NCBI GenBank assembly: GCA_963765575.1
Contig: CAVXWZ010000009.1
Coordinates: 1 to 22,359, forward strand
Direction: 5' to 3'
From: an uncultured cyanobacterium
Lineage (GTDB): Bacteria; Cyanobacteriota; Cyanobacteriia; PCC-6307; Cyanobiaceae
DNA length: 22,359 nt
The position numbers and the translations under genes are program-made. Shown here piece after piece: positions 9,216 to 19,823 of this stretch (within the stretch, counting starts at the first letter, position 1; every line of letters starts with the position of its first letter). The notes under the pieces were generated by a model. It saw only the letters and a list, made by a program, of their open reading frames with translations, was not told the DNA's origin and did not search any database.

Positions 9216-10196
9216 ATGCGCACGCAATTGAAAATGCATTGCATCAGCAATAACAACAAGCCCTGCCAGCGCGCAGGCCTGCTCCCTGCTCTGCTGATCT
9301 GCGGCCTGCTGGCCACGGCGTTCGGCTGCCGGCCCGCCGCCCGCGGCACGGTTGCGACCCCGGAGGTCACGCCCGCCAGCTCGCCGGCCCAGGCGGGAGA
9401 GCGCCTGGCGGCACCCGGCATCCTCGAGCCCAGGGATGGCAGCCTTGCCCTGGCGGCTCCTGTGGGCCCGCTGGGCATCACCCCACGGGTGGAGCAGCTC
9501 TATGTGCAGGTGGGCGACATCGTGCAACGGGGCCAGGTGCTGGCGCGCTTCGACAACGACGGCGAGCTGCGGCGCGAGATCGACACCATCGCCGCCAGGA
9601 TCAACGGCCTCGGCGACGAGATCGCCATCCTCGATCGCCAGACCCAGCGCTTTGACAGCCTCCGCGCCCAGGGGGTGGTGGCCCTGGCGGATTTCGAAGA
9701 CCGCGCCCTGCGTCTGAGCCAGCTGCGCAACAACCGGGCCCTGGCCCTGCAGGAGCGCCGGGTGCTGGAGGAACGCCTGCGCAAGGCCCAGCTGGTGGCC
9801 CCGATCAGCGGCGAGGTGCTGGCCGTGAACGCCAGGCCGGGCGAACAGGCGGGCCCCGACGGGGTGCTGGAACTCGCCGCCACCGACAACCTGGTGGTGA
9901 AGGCCCAGGTGGAGGAAGCCAGCGCCGGCGGCCTGACCCTGGGCCAGCCGGTGGAGGTGGTGGGCGAGAACGCGGAGTTCCCCCAACCGCTCGGTGGCCG
10001 GATCAGCTTCATCGCCGCCAAGGTGAGCCCCCGCCGCACCCTCACCCAGCGGCCCGGCTTCTACCGCGACAGCGAACCGCGGGTGGTGGATGTGACGATC
10101 GATCTCGAGCCCGCCGGCCAGTCCCTGGGCCGCCACGCCCGCAGTGGCAGCAAGGTGCTGGTGATCTTCCTCGGCGCCAGCGCGGCAGAGCAGTGA
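9216..10196 (+). CDS. devB: Membrane fusion protein / periplasmic adaptor, DevB-like
   Basis: APGILEP..RVEQLYVQVGDIVQRGQVLARFD (lipoyl half), coiled coil, LVAPISGEVLAVNARPGE, and RVVDVTIDL. Possible lipobox ATAFG|C. The start could be 9234. Confidence 0.85.
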   Translation: MRTQLKMHCISNNNKPCQRAGLLPALLICGLLATAFGCRPAARGTVATPEVTPASSPAQAGERLAAPGILEPRDGSLALAAPVGPLGITPRVEQLYVQVGDIVQRGQVLARFDNDGELRREIDTIAARINGLGDEIAILDRQTQRFDSLRAQGVVALADFEDRALRLSQLRNNRALALQERRVLEERLRKAQLVAPISGEVLAVNARPGEQAGPDGVLELAATDNLVVKAQVEEASAGGLTLGQPVEVVGENAEFPQPLGGRISFIAAKVSPRRTLTQRPGFYRDSEPRVVDVTIDLEPAGQSLGRHARSGSKVLVIFLGASAAEQ

Positions 10197-11380
10197 GCAG
10201 CTTTCTCGAGGCCCTCAGCCGCCGCAACACGCTGCCGCTCGGCCTCCAGATCCTGCGCTTCCGCCTGCTCAACCTCGTCACCGCGCTGGCCGCCGTGGCC
10301 TTCGCCTCCTCCTTGATGCTCACCCAGTGGGGGTTCCGCGATGCCCTGTTCAGCTCCTCGGTGGCGATCCAGAAGCTGTTCCAGGCGGATGTGGTGATGA
10401 TCAGCCGGCGCTCGGTGAGCACGCTCACCTGGATGAGCACCTTCCCCGACGCCTACCTCGACGCCCTCCACGCCGACTCGCGGGTGGCCGACAGCACCGC
10501 CGTGCGCCTGGCCTACATGCGCTGGACTCTCGACGGCCAGCACACCGCCCGGCTGTCCACCGCCATCGGGGTGGAGCCATCCCGGACGGCGTTCTTCAGC
10601 CCGCCGCTGGCCCGCGCAGCGCCCCTGCTGCAGCTGCCGGGCCGGCTGCTGTTCGACCGCCTCTCACGCCCCGAATACGGGGATGTGGAGGCGCAGCTGC
10701 GCTCCGGCGACGCCGTGGTGACCTACCTGGAAGACCAGCGGGTGCGGGTGGCCGGCGTGATCGACATCGGCGCCTCCTTCGGAGCCGATGCCACCACGAT
10801 CATGAGCCGCGAGAGCTTCGAGACGATCCTGCCGGGCCTCAACAACGGCGAGGTGGAGATCGGCCTGATCCGGCTGGTGCCCGGCAGCGCCGCCAGCGCC
10901 TTCATCGCCAGCCAGGGGCAGCGCCTCGCCGCCGACGTGCGCCTGCTCACCCCGGCCGAGTTTGTGCGGTTCGAGCAGGATTTCTGGGACCGCAGCAAGC
11001 CGATCGGCTTCATCTTTCTGTTCGGTGTGTTGATGGGAATGGTGATCGGCAGCAGCATCATCTTTCTGGTGCTGAATACCATCATCCTGCTCCACGTTGA
11101 CGACTTCGCCACCCTGATGGCCCTCGGCTACTCCCGTTGGCGCCTGCAGTTGGTGATCTTCAACCAGGCCATCATGCTGTCGCTGCTCGGCTATCCCCTG
11201 GGGCTGGGAATCGCCGAGGGGATCTATGCGCTCACCCGGCTCACCACCAACCTGCCGATGCAGATGACCCCCACCCGGGCGCTGGTCGTGTTCGCGCTCA
11301 GCGTGGGCCTCTGTGCCCTCTCCGGCATCCTCAGCCTGCAGCGGCTGAATGAAACCAGCCCCGCCGATGCCTTCTCCTGA
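10193..11380 (+). CDS. devC: ABC permease, DevC (FtsX/MacB-like)
   Basis: ALAAVAFASSLMLTQWGFRDALF..LFDRLSRPEYG..EQDFWDRSKPIGFIFLFGVLMG..FATLMALGYS..PADAF are DevC motifs. GTGA overlap with devB. Confidence 0.9.
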   Translation: MSSFLEALSRRNTLPLGLQILRFRLLNLVTALAAVAFASSLMLTQWGFRDALFSSSVAIQKLFQADVVMISRRSVSTLTWMSTFPDAYLDALHADSRVADSTAVRLAYMRWTLDGQHTARLSTAIGVEPSRTAFFSPPLARAAPLLQLPGRLLFDRLSRPEYGDVEAQLRSGDAVVTYLEDQRVRVAGVIDIGASFGADATTIMSRESFETILPGLNNGEVEIGLIRLVPGSAASAFIASQGQRLAADVRLLTPAEFVRFEQDFWDRSKPIGFIFLFGVLMGMVIGSSIIFLVLNTIILLHVDDFATLMALGYSRWRLQLVIFNQAIMLSLLGYPLGLGIAEGIYALTRLTTNLPMQMTPTRALVVFALSVGLCALSGILSLQRLNETSPADAFS

Positions 11381-12080
11381 GGGACCAGCGCCAGCCACCA
11401 TCCTGCGGGTGCGCGAGCTGGAGCACCGCTTCCGGATGCCCAGCGGCGGTGCCGCCAGCCAGCCGATCTTCGAGCGAATCAGCTTCGCGGCCCAGCCGGG
11501 GGAGATCGTGGCGATCTTCGGCCCCTCCGGATGCGGCAAAACCACCCTGCTCACCCTGCTCGGCGGCATCCGACCGATCCAGAGCGGCAGCGTGCAGGTG
11601 GAGGGGGTGGAGCTGCGCGGCAGCAGCCCGGCCCAGTTGCGCCGCCTGCGGGCCCGCATCGGCTTCGTGTTCCAGTCGCACCGGCTGATCAGTTTCCTGA
11701 GCGTGAAGCAGAACGTGATCGCCGCGATCGAGGCCCATCGGCACCTGCCCGCGGCCGTGAAGGAGCGGCGGGCCATGGAGCTGCTGGACGCGGTGGACCT
11801 CGGCGACCAGGCCGATTGCTACCCGCGGGTGCTCTCGGGGGGCCAGCGCCAACGCGCCGGGGTGGCCCGGGCGCTGGCCCACGAGCCCCAGCTGCTGCTG
11901 GCCGATGAGCCCACGGCCTCCCTCGACCACCGCACCGCCTTGAGCGTGATCGAGGACCTGCGCATGAGCTGCGGCCAGCGGCGGATGGCCGTGGTGATGA
12001 GCACCCACGATCCCCGCCTGCTGGCCCAGGCCAGCCAGGTGCATGAGCTGCGCGATGGCCAGCTGCGCCGCAGCAGCTGA
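11349..12080 (+). CDS. devA: ABC ATP-binding protein, DevA-like
   Basis: Walker A GPSGCGKTT, signature LSGGQRQR, Walker B LLLADEPT, switch STHD. Alternative start 11367. Confidence 0.9.
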   Translation: MKPAPPMPSPEGPAPATILRVRELEHRFRMPSGGAASQPIFERISFAAQPGEIVAIFGPSGCGKTTLLTLLGGIRPIQSGSVQVEGVELRGSSPAQLRRLRARIGFVFQSHRLISFLSVKQNVIAAIEAHRHLPAAVKERRAMELLDAVDLGDQADCYPRVLSGGQRQRAGVARALAHEPQLLLADEPTASLDHRTALSVIEDLRMSCGQRRMAVVMSTHDPRLLAQASQVHELRDGQLRRSS

Positions 12081-12107
12081 GGGACGAGCCGAGATGGCGG
12101 CCCCGGC

Positions 12108-13427
12108 TCAGTCGCTGCTGGCCGTGGACACCTCAGCCCCGGTGGACGGCCGGCAGCTGGGGCCGTCGCTGATCAGCCACAGCTCCAGCTGCCCCCGCGG
12201 CACCTTGGCGGCCAGGCTCCAGTTGCTCAGGTCGATCAATCCGGTGGAGGCATCGATGGTCCAGGTGTCCGCGCGCCCGTTCCCGCTGCCGGAGTTGGCG
12301 GCGATCAGAAGTTGCGTGGCCAGCTCGCGATCGGCCTCGTGGAAGAACTTCACCTGGGAGCTGGGGGCACAGGCCCTGGCAGTGGGGGGCACATGGCGCA
12401 GGGTGCGGTCCACGAAATAGGCGCCCGAGCCGCTGAGCCGTTCGGCCAGCGTCTGCAGCGGCTTCACCGCCTCCGGGTCGTCGTAGTGGATGAACACATG
12501 GGGCAGGCCGGGCAGCTTGCCGTGCCGTTCCGACACCATCCGCTTCTGCTGGTCGAGCACCACGGCACCGGCCACGATCTCCGAGGCGGCGCGGATCTCG
12601 TCCTGGCTCATGCGCTCGAGATCGATGCCGGCGGCCCCATCGCCCCCGGTCGCCGCGCCGGCTGCGCTCTCGATCGGGCTGGTGGTGATCTGGCTGGAGA
12701 GGGGCAGCTGGGAGTCGCCCGAGCCGGTGGGGGTGATCTCGGCCAGCCGCTGCACCGACGTGCGCAGCACCTCGTCGCGGGAGGCCTTGCCGGGCCACCA
12801 GCCGGTCCACAGCCCCAGGGCCGCCGCATGGCGGCAGGCCGGACTGGCGATCACATCGGCCAGGCGTTGCTGGCTGGGATCGGCCCCGTCGCTGCTGCTG
12901 CGGAACACCAGCGGTTGCTGGGGCCCGCTGCTGGCGTCGGCCAGGGTGGCGAAGCGATGGGCGCAGCGGGGGTTGAGGTCGCGGATCGAGGCCAGCAGGA
13001 TGCGGTGGATCTGGGCCAGGCGCTGCCGCCCCGCCTCGCTGTTCTCCCCCAGCAGGTCGCCCCTGGCCCTGTCGTGCATCAGCACCTCACCGAGCACGTG
13101 GGTGAGCAGCAGTTCGTGGTGCACCCCCTCCACCGGACTGCGGCTGGAGAGGGTGTGCTCGATCGCCAGGATCGACATGTTGCGCGGCAGGCTGTCGTCC
13201 TCCTTGAGGTTGTCGATCTGGGTGAGCAGCATCTCGGAGGTGCTCATGCGCGAGCTCAGGGTGCTCACCCCCAGCAGCGTGGCCAGGCCCACCACCAGGG
13301 TGGGCAGCTGCAGCAGGTTCTTGCGCACCCAGCCCCCCAGGCCGCCGGTCCAGCGCCAGAACGGCGCTTGCGGCTGGGGCTGCGGCGCCTGCGGCTGGGG
13401 CTCCGGGGGCGGGGGGGAATCGGCCAT
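12108..13427 (-). CDS. Hypothetical single-pass membrane protein, possible LytR_C-like C-terminal domain
   Basis: Pro/Gln-rich N-terminus, one TM (LPTLVVGLATLLGVSTL) and a C-terminal VFIHY..QVKFFHEADRELA..DLS..PRGQLELWL pattern. Likely start at ATG 13427, since the longer ORF overlaps Uma2. Confidence 0.7.
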   Translation of the reverse strand: MADSPPPPEPQPQAPQPQPQAPFWRWTGGLGGWVRKNLLQLPTLVVGLATLLGVSTLSSRMSTSEMLLTQIDNLKEDDSLPRNMSILAIEHTLSSRSPVEGVHHELLLTHVLGEVLMHDRARGDLLGENSEAGRQRLAQIHRILLASIRDLNPRCAHRFATLADASSGPQQPLVFRSSSDGADPSQQRLADVIASPACRHAAALGLWTGWWPGKASRDEVLRTSVQRLAEITPTGSGDSQLPLSSQITTSPIESAAGAATGGDGAAGIDLERMSQDEIRAASEIVAGAVVLDQQKRMVSERHGKLPGLPHVFIHYDDPEAVKPLQTLAERLSGSGAYFVDRTLRHVPPTARACAPSSQVKFFHEADRELATQLLIAANSGSGNGRADTWTIDASTGLIDLSNWSLAAKVPRGQLELWLISDGPSCRPSTGAEVSTASSD

Positions 13428-13433
13428 CTTCTG

Positions 13434-13469
13434 GGCCTGGGCGAGGGCCTGCTCGCTCTGCAGTCTGCC
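13434..13469. repeat. 36-bp direct repeat, copy 1 (copy 2 at 14713-14748 inside the HEPN gene)
   Basis: GGC[C/A]TGGGCGAGGGCCTGCTC[G/A]CTCTGCAGTCTGCC, 34/36 identical. Confidence 0.9.
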
Positions 13470-13473
13470 CTGC

Positions 13474-14103
13474 TCAGACGTTCCAGATCGGGGCCAGATC
13501 CAGCACCAGCCCCGCGAACAGCGCTCCACCATCGAGCTCCCTGGCGTCGTCGAGGCGCTCAGGGGTAGCGGCGGCCCCAGCGCGCCAGATCTCCACAGCC
13601 CTCTCCTCGGGCAGCAACAACCAGCCCAGCTGCGCCCCATTGGCCTGGTAGGCGTCCATCTTCTGGCGGAGCGCAGTCACGCCACGGGGCCCTTCGTCAG
13701 ACGCGCTGGCCAGTTCCACCACCAGCTCAGGACAGAGCGGCGCAAAGCCACGACGCTGCTCGGGGGTGAGAGCCTGCCACCGATCCAGACGCACCAGGGA
13801 AGCATCGGGGCTCAGCACCGAGCCATCAGGCAGGCGGAAGCCGCTGGAGCTGTCGAACGCCTTCAAGGGCAGGCCGCTCTGGCGAACAGCCCACCAGAGC
13901 AAGGCCCCAAGGGCCTGGTTGCGGGCGCCGGTTTCGCTGCCGGTGGGCGTCATCGCGATCAGCTGGCCATCGGCCGAGAGTTCCAGCACGGCATCGGGAT
14001 TGGCCTGGCACACGCGCTCGAACTGATCGGCGTTGAGCCGCAGGTCCCACGGCAGCTGCAGGGGCTGCCGTGCTGGTGGTGAGCTTGGCGGTGCCAGCGT
14101 CAT
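13474..14103 (-). CDS. Uma2 (DUF820) family PD-(D/E)XK endonuclease
   Basis: LELSADGQLIAMTPTGSETGARN..FDSSSGFRLPDGSVLSPDAS..FAPLCPELVVELAS..KMDAYQANGAQLGWLL. Confidence 0.93.
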   Translation of the reverse strand: MTLAPPSSPPARQPLQLPWDLRLNADQFERVCQANPDAVLELSADGQLIAMTPTGSETGARNQALGALLWWAVRQSGLPLKAFDSSSGFRLPDGSVLSPDASLVRLDRWQALTPEQRRGFAPLCPELVVELASASDEGPRGVTALRQKMDAYQANGAQLGWLLLPEERAVEIWRAGAAATPERLDDARELDGGALFAGLVLDLAPIWNV

Positions 14104-14246
14104 GGACGTTCCCCCAGTACTTACATGTTAGGGGCGTGATTTTTTGGCCAACAGGGCGGTGATATCAGAAGCGCATGAGCACGCTGGCGCACAAGAACTG
14201 AGTTGCTTGTGCCCACCAAGCAGCAGGTTGTGTGCAGCAGGGTGTG

Positions 14247-14717
14247 TCAGCTCAGACCATCAACACGATCTTCAAACGGCTGGTCGAAGTCAGCCGCTAG
14301 GGAGTGGTCTCCGCGCATGGACCCAAGGGGTTCAACCTGCCGGTGCGGAGGGCTCCACGCCTCCACCAACCACCGCACATCGCGCGCCAGCACATCGGCC
14401 AGCTTCGGGTTCCACTCGGGCAGTGTCTCCCACTCGGCGCGGCTGTACACGAGCAGGTCGGTGGCCAGGGGCAGGGGGCTGGTGTCCCAGCGGCGCAGGC
14501 GCTCCCACACCGGCAGCTGGCAGCGGCTGAGGATCAACAGCAGGTCGAGGTCGCTGCCCACGCCGGCATCGCCGCGGCCGTAGGAGCCGAACACCCCCAC
14601 CGCCTCGAGATCGGGGTTGGCGGCTGCCTGCTGCTCGGCCCAGGCGCGGGCCTGCTCAAGCACCGCCTCGGAGCTCGGCCAGCGCAGCACCGATCCAGTG
14701 GATGACATCGCTGGCAT
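14247..14717 (-). CDS. Minimal nucleotidyltransferase (MNT) antitoxin
   Basis: VGVFGSYGRGDAGVGSDLDLLLI (GS..DxD motif) and a third Asp in TDLLVY. Overlaps the HEPN gene and has an extended tail. Confidence 0.9.
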   Translation of the reverse strand: MPAMSSTGSVLRWPSSEAVLEQARAWAEQQAAANPDLEAVGVFGSYGRGDAGVGSDLDLLLILSRCQLPVWERLRRWDTSPLPLATDLLVYSRAEWETLPEWNPKLADVLARDVRWLVEAWSPPHRQVEPLGSMRGDHSLAADFDQPFEDRVDGLS

Positions 14718-15075
14718 GGGCGAGGGCCTGCTCACTCTGCAGTCTGCCGAAATGTTCGGCGGGCGTGCCTTCGGGATAGCTGTCGGGATAGCGGGTGGGG
14801 ATATAGAAACCATCGAGCAGCCTCAGCCGATCCTCCAGGTCATCGGGCGGCGGCGGGGCTGGCTTCCAGTCGGGGGGCACGGCGGCCCACAGGCGGGTGA
14901 GCGTGTGGCCCCAGGCCACGGTGCCCAGGGCAAGGTTGAGGGCCTTGAGCGCTTTCTCACTGGCCTGGTGAGCAGCGAAACAGGCCCATTCATGGCGACC
15001 AGCCACCATCGAGGCCTCGGCCTGCTCCAGATCCCGCAGGGCCTGCTGATACCAATCCCCCGAACGATCGCCCAC
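14656..15075 (-). CDS. HEPN domain protein
   Basis: DWYQQALRDLEQA..WACFAAHQASEKALKAL..GHTLTRL..LDGFYIPTRYPD; paired with MNT. Confidence 0.92.
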   Translation of the reverse strand: MGDRSGDWYQQALRDLEQAEASMVAGRHEWACFAAHQASEKALKALNLALGTVAWGHTLTRLWAAVPPDWKPAPPPPDDLEDRLRLLDGFYIPTRYPDSYPEGTPAEHFGRLQSEQALAHASDVIHWIGAALAELRGGA

Positions 15076-15083
15076 GACCGCGC

Positions 15084-16892
<1,809 letters not shown>

Positions 16893-17015
16893 GCGGGGGG
16901 AGGCAGCCCTGTGAGCCAAGCCGGCGGCGGAGGCTGGGGCGGGCGGCCCGATCCTAGGGAGCCGGCGGCAATGCAAAACCCTGACGCAGGCCCGCGAAGC
17001 CTTGCTGGTCAGGCC

Positions 17016-17021
17016 TATAAT
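17016..17021 (+). promoter_or_regulatory. Possible -10 element (TATAAT) for minor pilin cluster 2
   Basis: Perfect TATAAT in the AT-richer divergent intergenic region about 75 nt before the RBS GGAGG and ATG 17094. No -35 box at standard spacing. Confidence 0.4.
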
Positions 17022-17093
17022 GAAAGCCCGATTGAGTCTTGAGAGACTCCTGAAAGCTCCTAGACAGTTTCCTGAATGGGCGGGGAGGACAGC

Positions 17094-17840
17094 ATGGGGC
17101 GCCGGCGGGCCCTGAACCTGGCAGCCAGTCGGCACCCGAGCGGTGAGCGTGGTGCCATCCTGACGGCCGCCGGCATCGTGGCGGCGCTGGTGCTCACCCT
17201 CAGCGCTGCCGCCGTGGTGCAGCTCAGCGGCGGCAGCCTGCGCGGGGCGTTCGCCTCCTCCGACACGCGCCAGGCCCGGGGAGCGGCGGCGGAGGGCATC
17301 GAACTGATGATCGCCACCTGGAACCAGCCCCAGAACCGGGCGCTGCTGGTGTCGGGGGAGGATCCGGCGAACTGGACTGTAGGCAGCCCAAGACCTTGTT
17401 CAACGTCTGGAGCAACACCGCTGGCAATCGACCTGGCTGATGGCTCCTGGCGAGATGTGGTGACGGGAGCCGGCGGCTGATGAAGACACCGATGGGCGGC
17501 AGTTCCGGCTGCTCAGCATCACCTACACGGCCTCCGATGGAAGTACCTGCTCCCGATCCCCGTGCGCTGCGCCGTACAGCCACACCGGGTGGAGGCATCC
17601 TCAGGAGACCCCCTCCCGCCGGCGGCTGGGTATCGACAGTTAGCTTGAACGAGCAGGTGAACCTTCGACGTGCACCCAGCCGGCGAAAACAGCGGCTTTC
17701 TGATTCTTGAGGTGGAGGGTCGCGTGGTGCGCGACGGCCGGGTGGTGGCCAACTCCCGGCTCACCCAGGAGTTCGAAGTGCTGCCCAAGTGCTGCGGCTT
17801 TCCCTGGGTAGCGGGGGCGCCGGTCGCTGGGAGCCGATAG
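17094..17840 (+). CDS. Minor pilin, PilX-like (cluster 2), frameshifted and possibly 3'-truncated
   Basis: [25 protein letters not shown] (no E5)..[11 protein letters not shown]; continues across frames as [44 protein letters not shown]. Confidence 0.72.
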
Positions 17841-17912
17841 CCGCGCGCCATACTCACCCGGCTGCCCTGCCGGACAAGACTGGGTAGCCCGCGGCCCCAC
17901 GAGCAGCCGCCT

Positions 17913-18548
17913 GTGGTGAGACGCGCGCCGCGAGTGCTGAATCCCCAGGTCGCACCGGCTGAGCAGGGAGCGCTGCTGGTGGAGGCCCTGGTGGTGAGCG
18001 TGGTGATCACCATCGCGATGCTCGGCACCGCGGCCTCGATCAACATCGCCACCCAGCAGCACAACCGCGCCGGCGAGAGGAATCAGCTCAATGCCGCCAT
18101 CGAGCGCGACCTGGCGGAAATCCAGGACCTCGCCACCCAGCTCACCTGCTGCAGTGGCGACTGCACACTTGGAATACCTGGTGGGGTCACACCTGGAACC
18201 CCACGTCACCCTGCTTCACGGCCAACCGCCGAGACGACCGTTACTTCTTTCCCCAGATTGACGATCCCGCCACACCAATAATCGAGCCGAATGCGGTGGA
18301 TGACATCTGCAGAGATGACAGCATCCTCAGCGAGGCGGTGCTCGCCCAGTTCAATGCCCTCCCCGTGAATGCCGACCTCACGGCAGCCGGCGGCGTGCGC
18401 CAGCCGATCGTGCGGCTCAACGCCGTGCAGCCCCAGCCAGCCCGGCAACCAGAACATCCTCCAGGTCACCTACACCGACGCCAGCCGGGGAGGCGCCGTG
18501 GTGCGCGTGGCCCGCGTGGTGCCGCCCATGGCCGCCTTCTGCCCATGA
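17913..18548 (+). CDS. Minor pilin, PilV-like (cluster 2), frameshifted
   Basis: EQG|ALLVEALVVSVVITIAMLG..AAIERDLAEIQ..LTCCSGDC; tail NILQVTYTD..VVPPMAAFCP* with ATGA overlap at 18545-18548. Confidence 0.78.
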
Positions 18549-19114
18549 ACCGCTCCCGCCACGCCAGCGGCTTCAGCCAGCCGGAACTGCTTGTCACCGT
18601 GGTGATCCTGGGCCTGATCGCCGCCGTGGGTGGGGGCTCGCTGTTCAACATCGTCCGCCGCGAGCGCGCCAGTGCCGTGGCCTCCGAACTGGCGGGCTGG
18701 CTCGATCAGGTGAGCGCAGAATCAAGCCGCTTCCGCGCCCAGGCGGGTGGCGGTGAGCCTTGCACTGTCACCATCACCACCCGCACCACGCTGACCACCG
18801 GCGCCGAGCTGGCCCGCATCGAGCCGGCCGGCTGTGCACCCCAGGCCACCCTGACGGTGCCCGACCTCTATTACAACAACACCCTGGTGCAGATCACCGC
18901 CGACCCGGCACGGTTCGTGTACACCCCCCGGGGCACGGTGGCCACCACCACCGGAGCCCCCCTGCCCAACGGTGAAGTGCAGATCACCATGTCCGTGAAG
19001 AGCCTGCCCCCCCTGCGCTGCATCCGCCTCACCGGCCTGATCGGCGTGCTGGAGGTTGGACGCAACAACCAGGCCACAACCGGCGGCACCTGCGACGAGT
19101 GGAATCGCGCGTAA
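18545..19114 (+). CDS. Minor pilin, FimT/GspH-like (cluster 2)
   Basis: MNRSRHASG|FSQPELLVTVVILGLIAAVG..ELAGWLDQV..FVYTPRGTV..RCIRLTGLIGVLEVG..C. Confidence 0.85.
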   Translation: MNRSRHASGFSQPELLVTVVILGLIAAVGGGSLFNIVRRERASAVASELAGWLDQVSAESSRFRAQAGGGEPCTVTITTRTTLTTGAELARIEPAGCAPQATLTVPDLYYNNTLVQITADPARFVYTPRGTVATTTGAPLPNGEVQITMSVKSLPPLRCIRLTGLIGVLEVGRNNQATTGGTCDEWNRA

Positions 19115-19118
19115 TGCC

Positions 19119-19823
19119 ATGAAGCCCCCGCGCCGTCACGTCCCTATCCAACCGCCCCGCCTCAGGGGCAGCGCCGGCCTCACCCTGGTGGAGCTCATGG
19201 TGGGGCTGCTGATCGGCAGCCTGTTCGTTCCCCTGGTCTGGACCACGATCCGGGGGTCCATCCAGTTCTTCGAGGCCTCCATCTGGCAAGGCCGACTGGA
19301 GCGGGATCTCGATCGCCTCACCGCCCTGCTCAGCAGCGAAGCCCAAGAAGCCTGTCTGTTCGGCACCGACGCCGCTCCCAGTGACTGCGCGGCCGGGAAC
19401 CCCATCTGCGCCGCTACAGCTACACCCAACCAACTGCGGATGCTGGTGACGTTGCTGAATACCACCGGCGCCTCCCCAGCGAATGCCGTCATCACCTACA
19501 CCCGTGACACCAATAACGAGCTGCGTCGCACAGGCCCCACAATCCTCGCCGACGGCCGCCTCGATCCAGACACCACCCCCAGCGACCAGCTGGTGATGCG
19601 CGGCGTCACGGCCTTCACCGTGACGCCCAACGACGACTGCAACACCGCCACCATTGAGGTCACCGCGCGCCCCGTGGCCCCCAGCGCCTTCGCGGAAACC
19701 CAGGGCTTCGGCAACCCCGTGACCCGCACCATCGGCCTGCGCACCGGCTCGCGTCCCTTCGCCCAGCCAGGCACGGTGGTGCTACCTAGGATCCTCGCAG
19801 AATCGATCCCCCCGCCGCCATGA
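19119..19823 (+). CDS. Minor pilin, PilW-like (cluster 2)
   Basis: [54 protein letters not shown]. Confidence 0.82.
   Translation: MKPPRRHVPIQPPRLRGSAGLTLVELMVGLLIGSLFVPLVWTTIRGSIQFFEASIWQGRLERDLDRLTALLSSEAQEACLFGTDAAPSDCAAGNPICAATATPNQLRMLVTLLNTTGASPANAVITYTRDTNNELRRTGPTILADGRLDPDTTPSDQLVMRGVTAFTVTPNDDCNTATIEVTARPVAPSAFAETQGFGNPVTRTIGLRTGSRPFAQPGTVVLPRILAESIPPPP

Noticed and set aside
12312..14082. Long + strand ORFs (418 and 530 aa)
   Set aside because: Antisense shadows of the minus-strand membrane protein and Uma2 genes in GC-rich DNA; no motifs.
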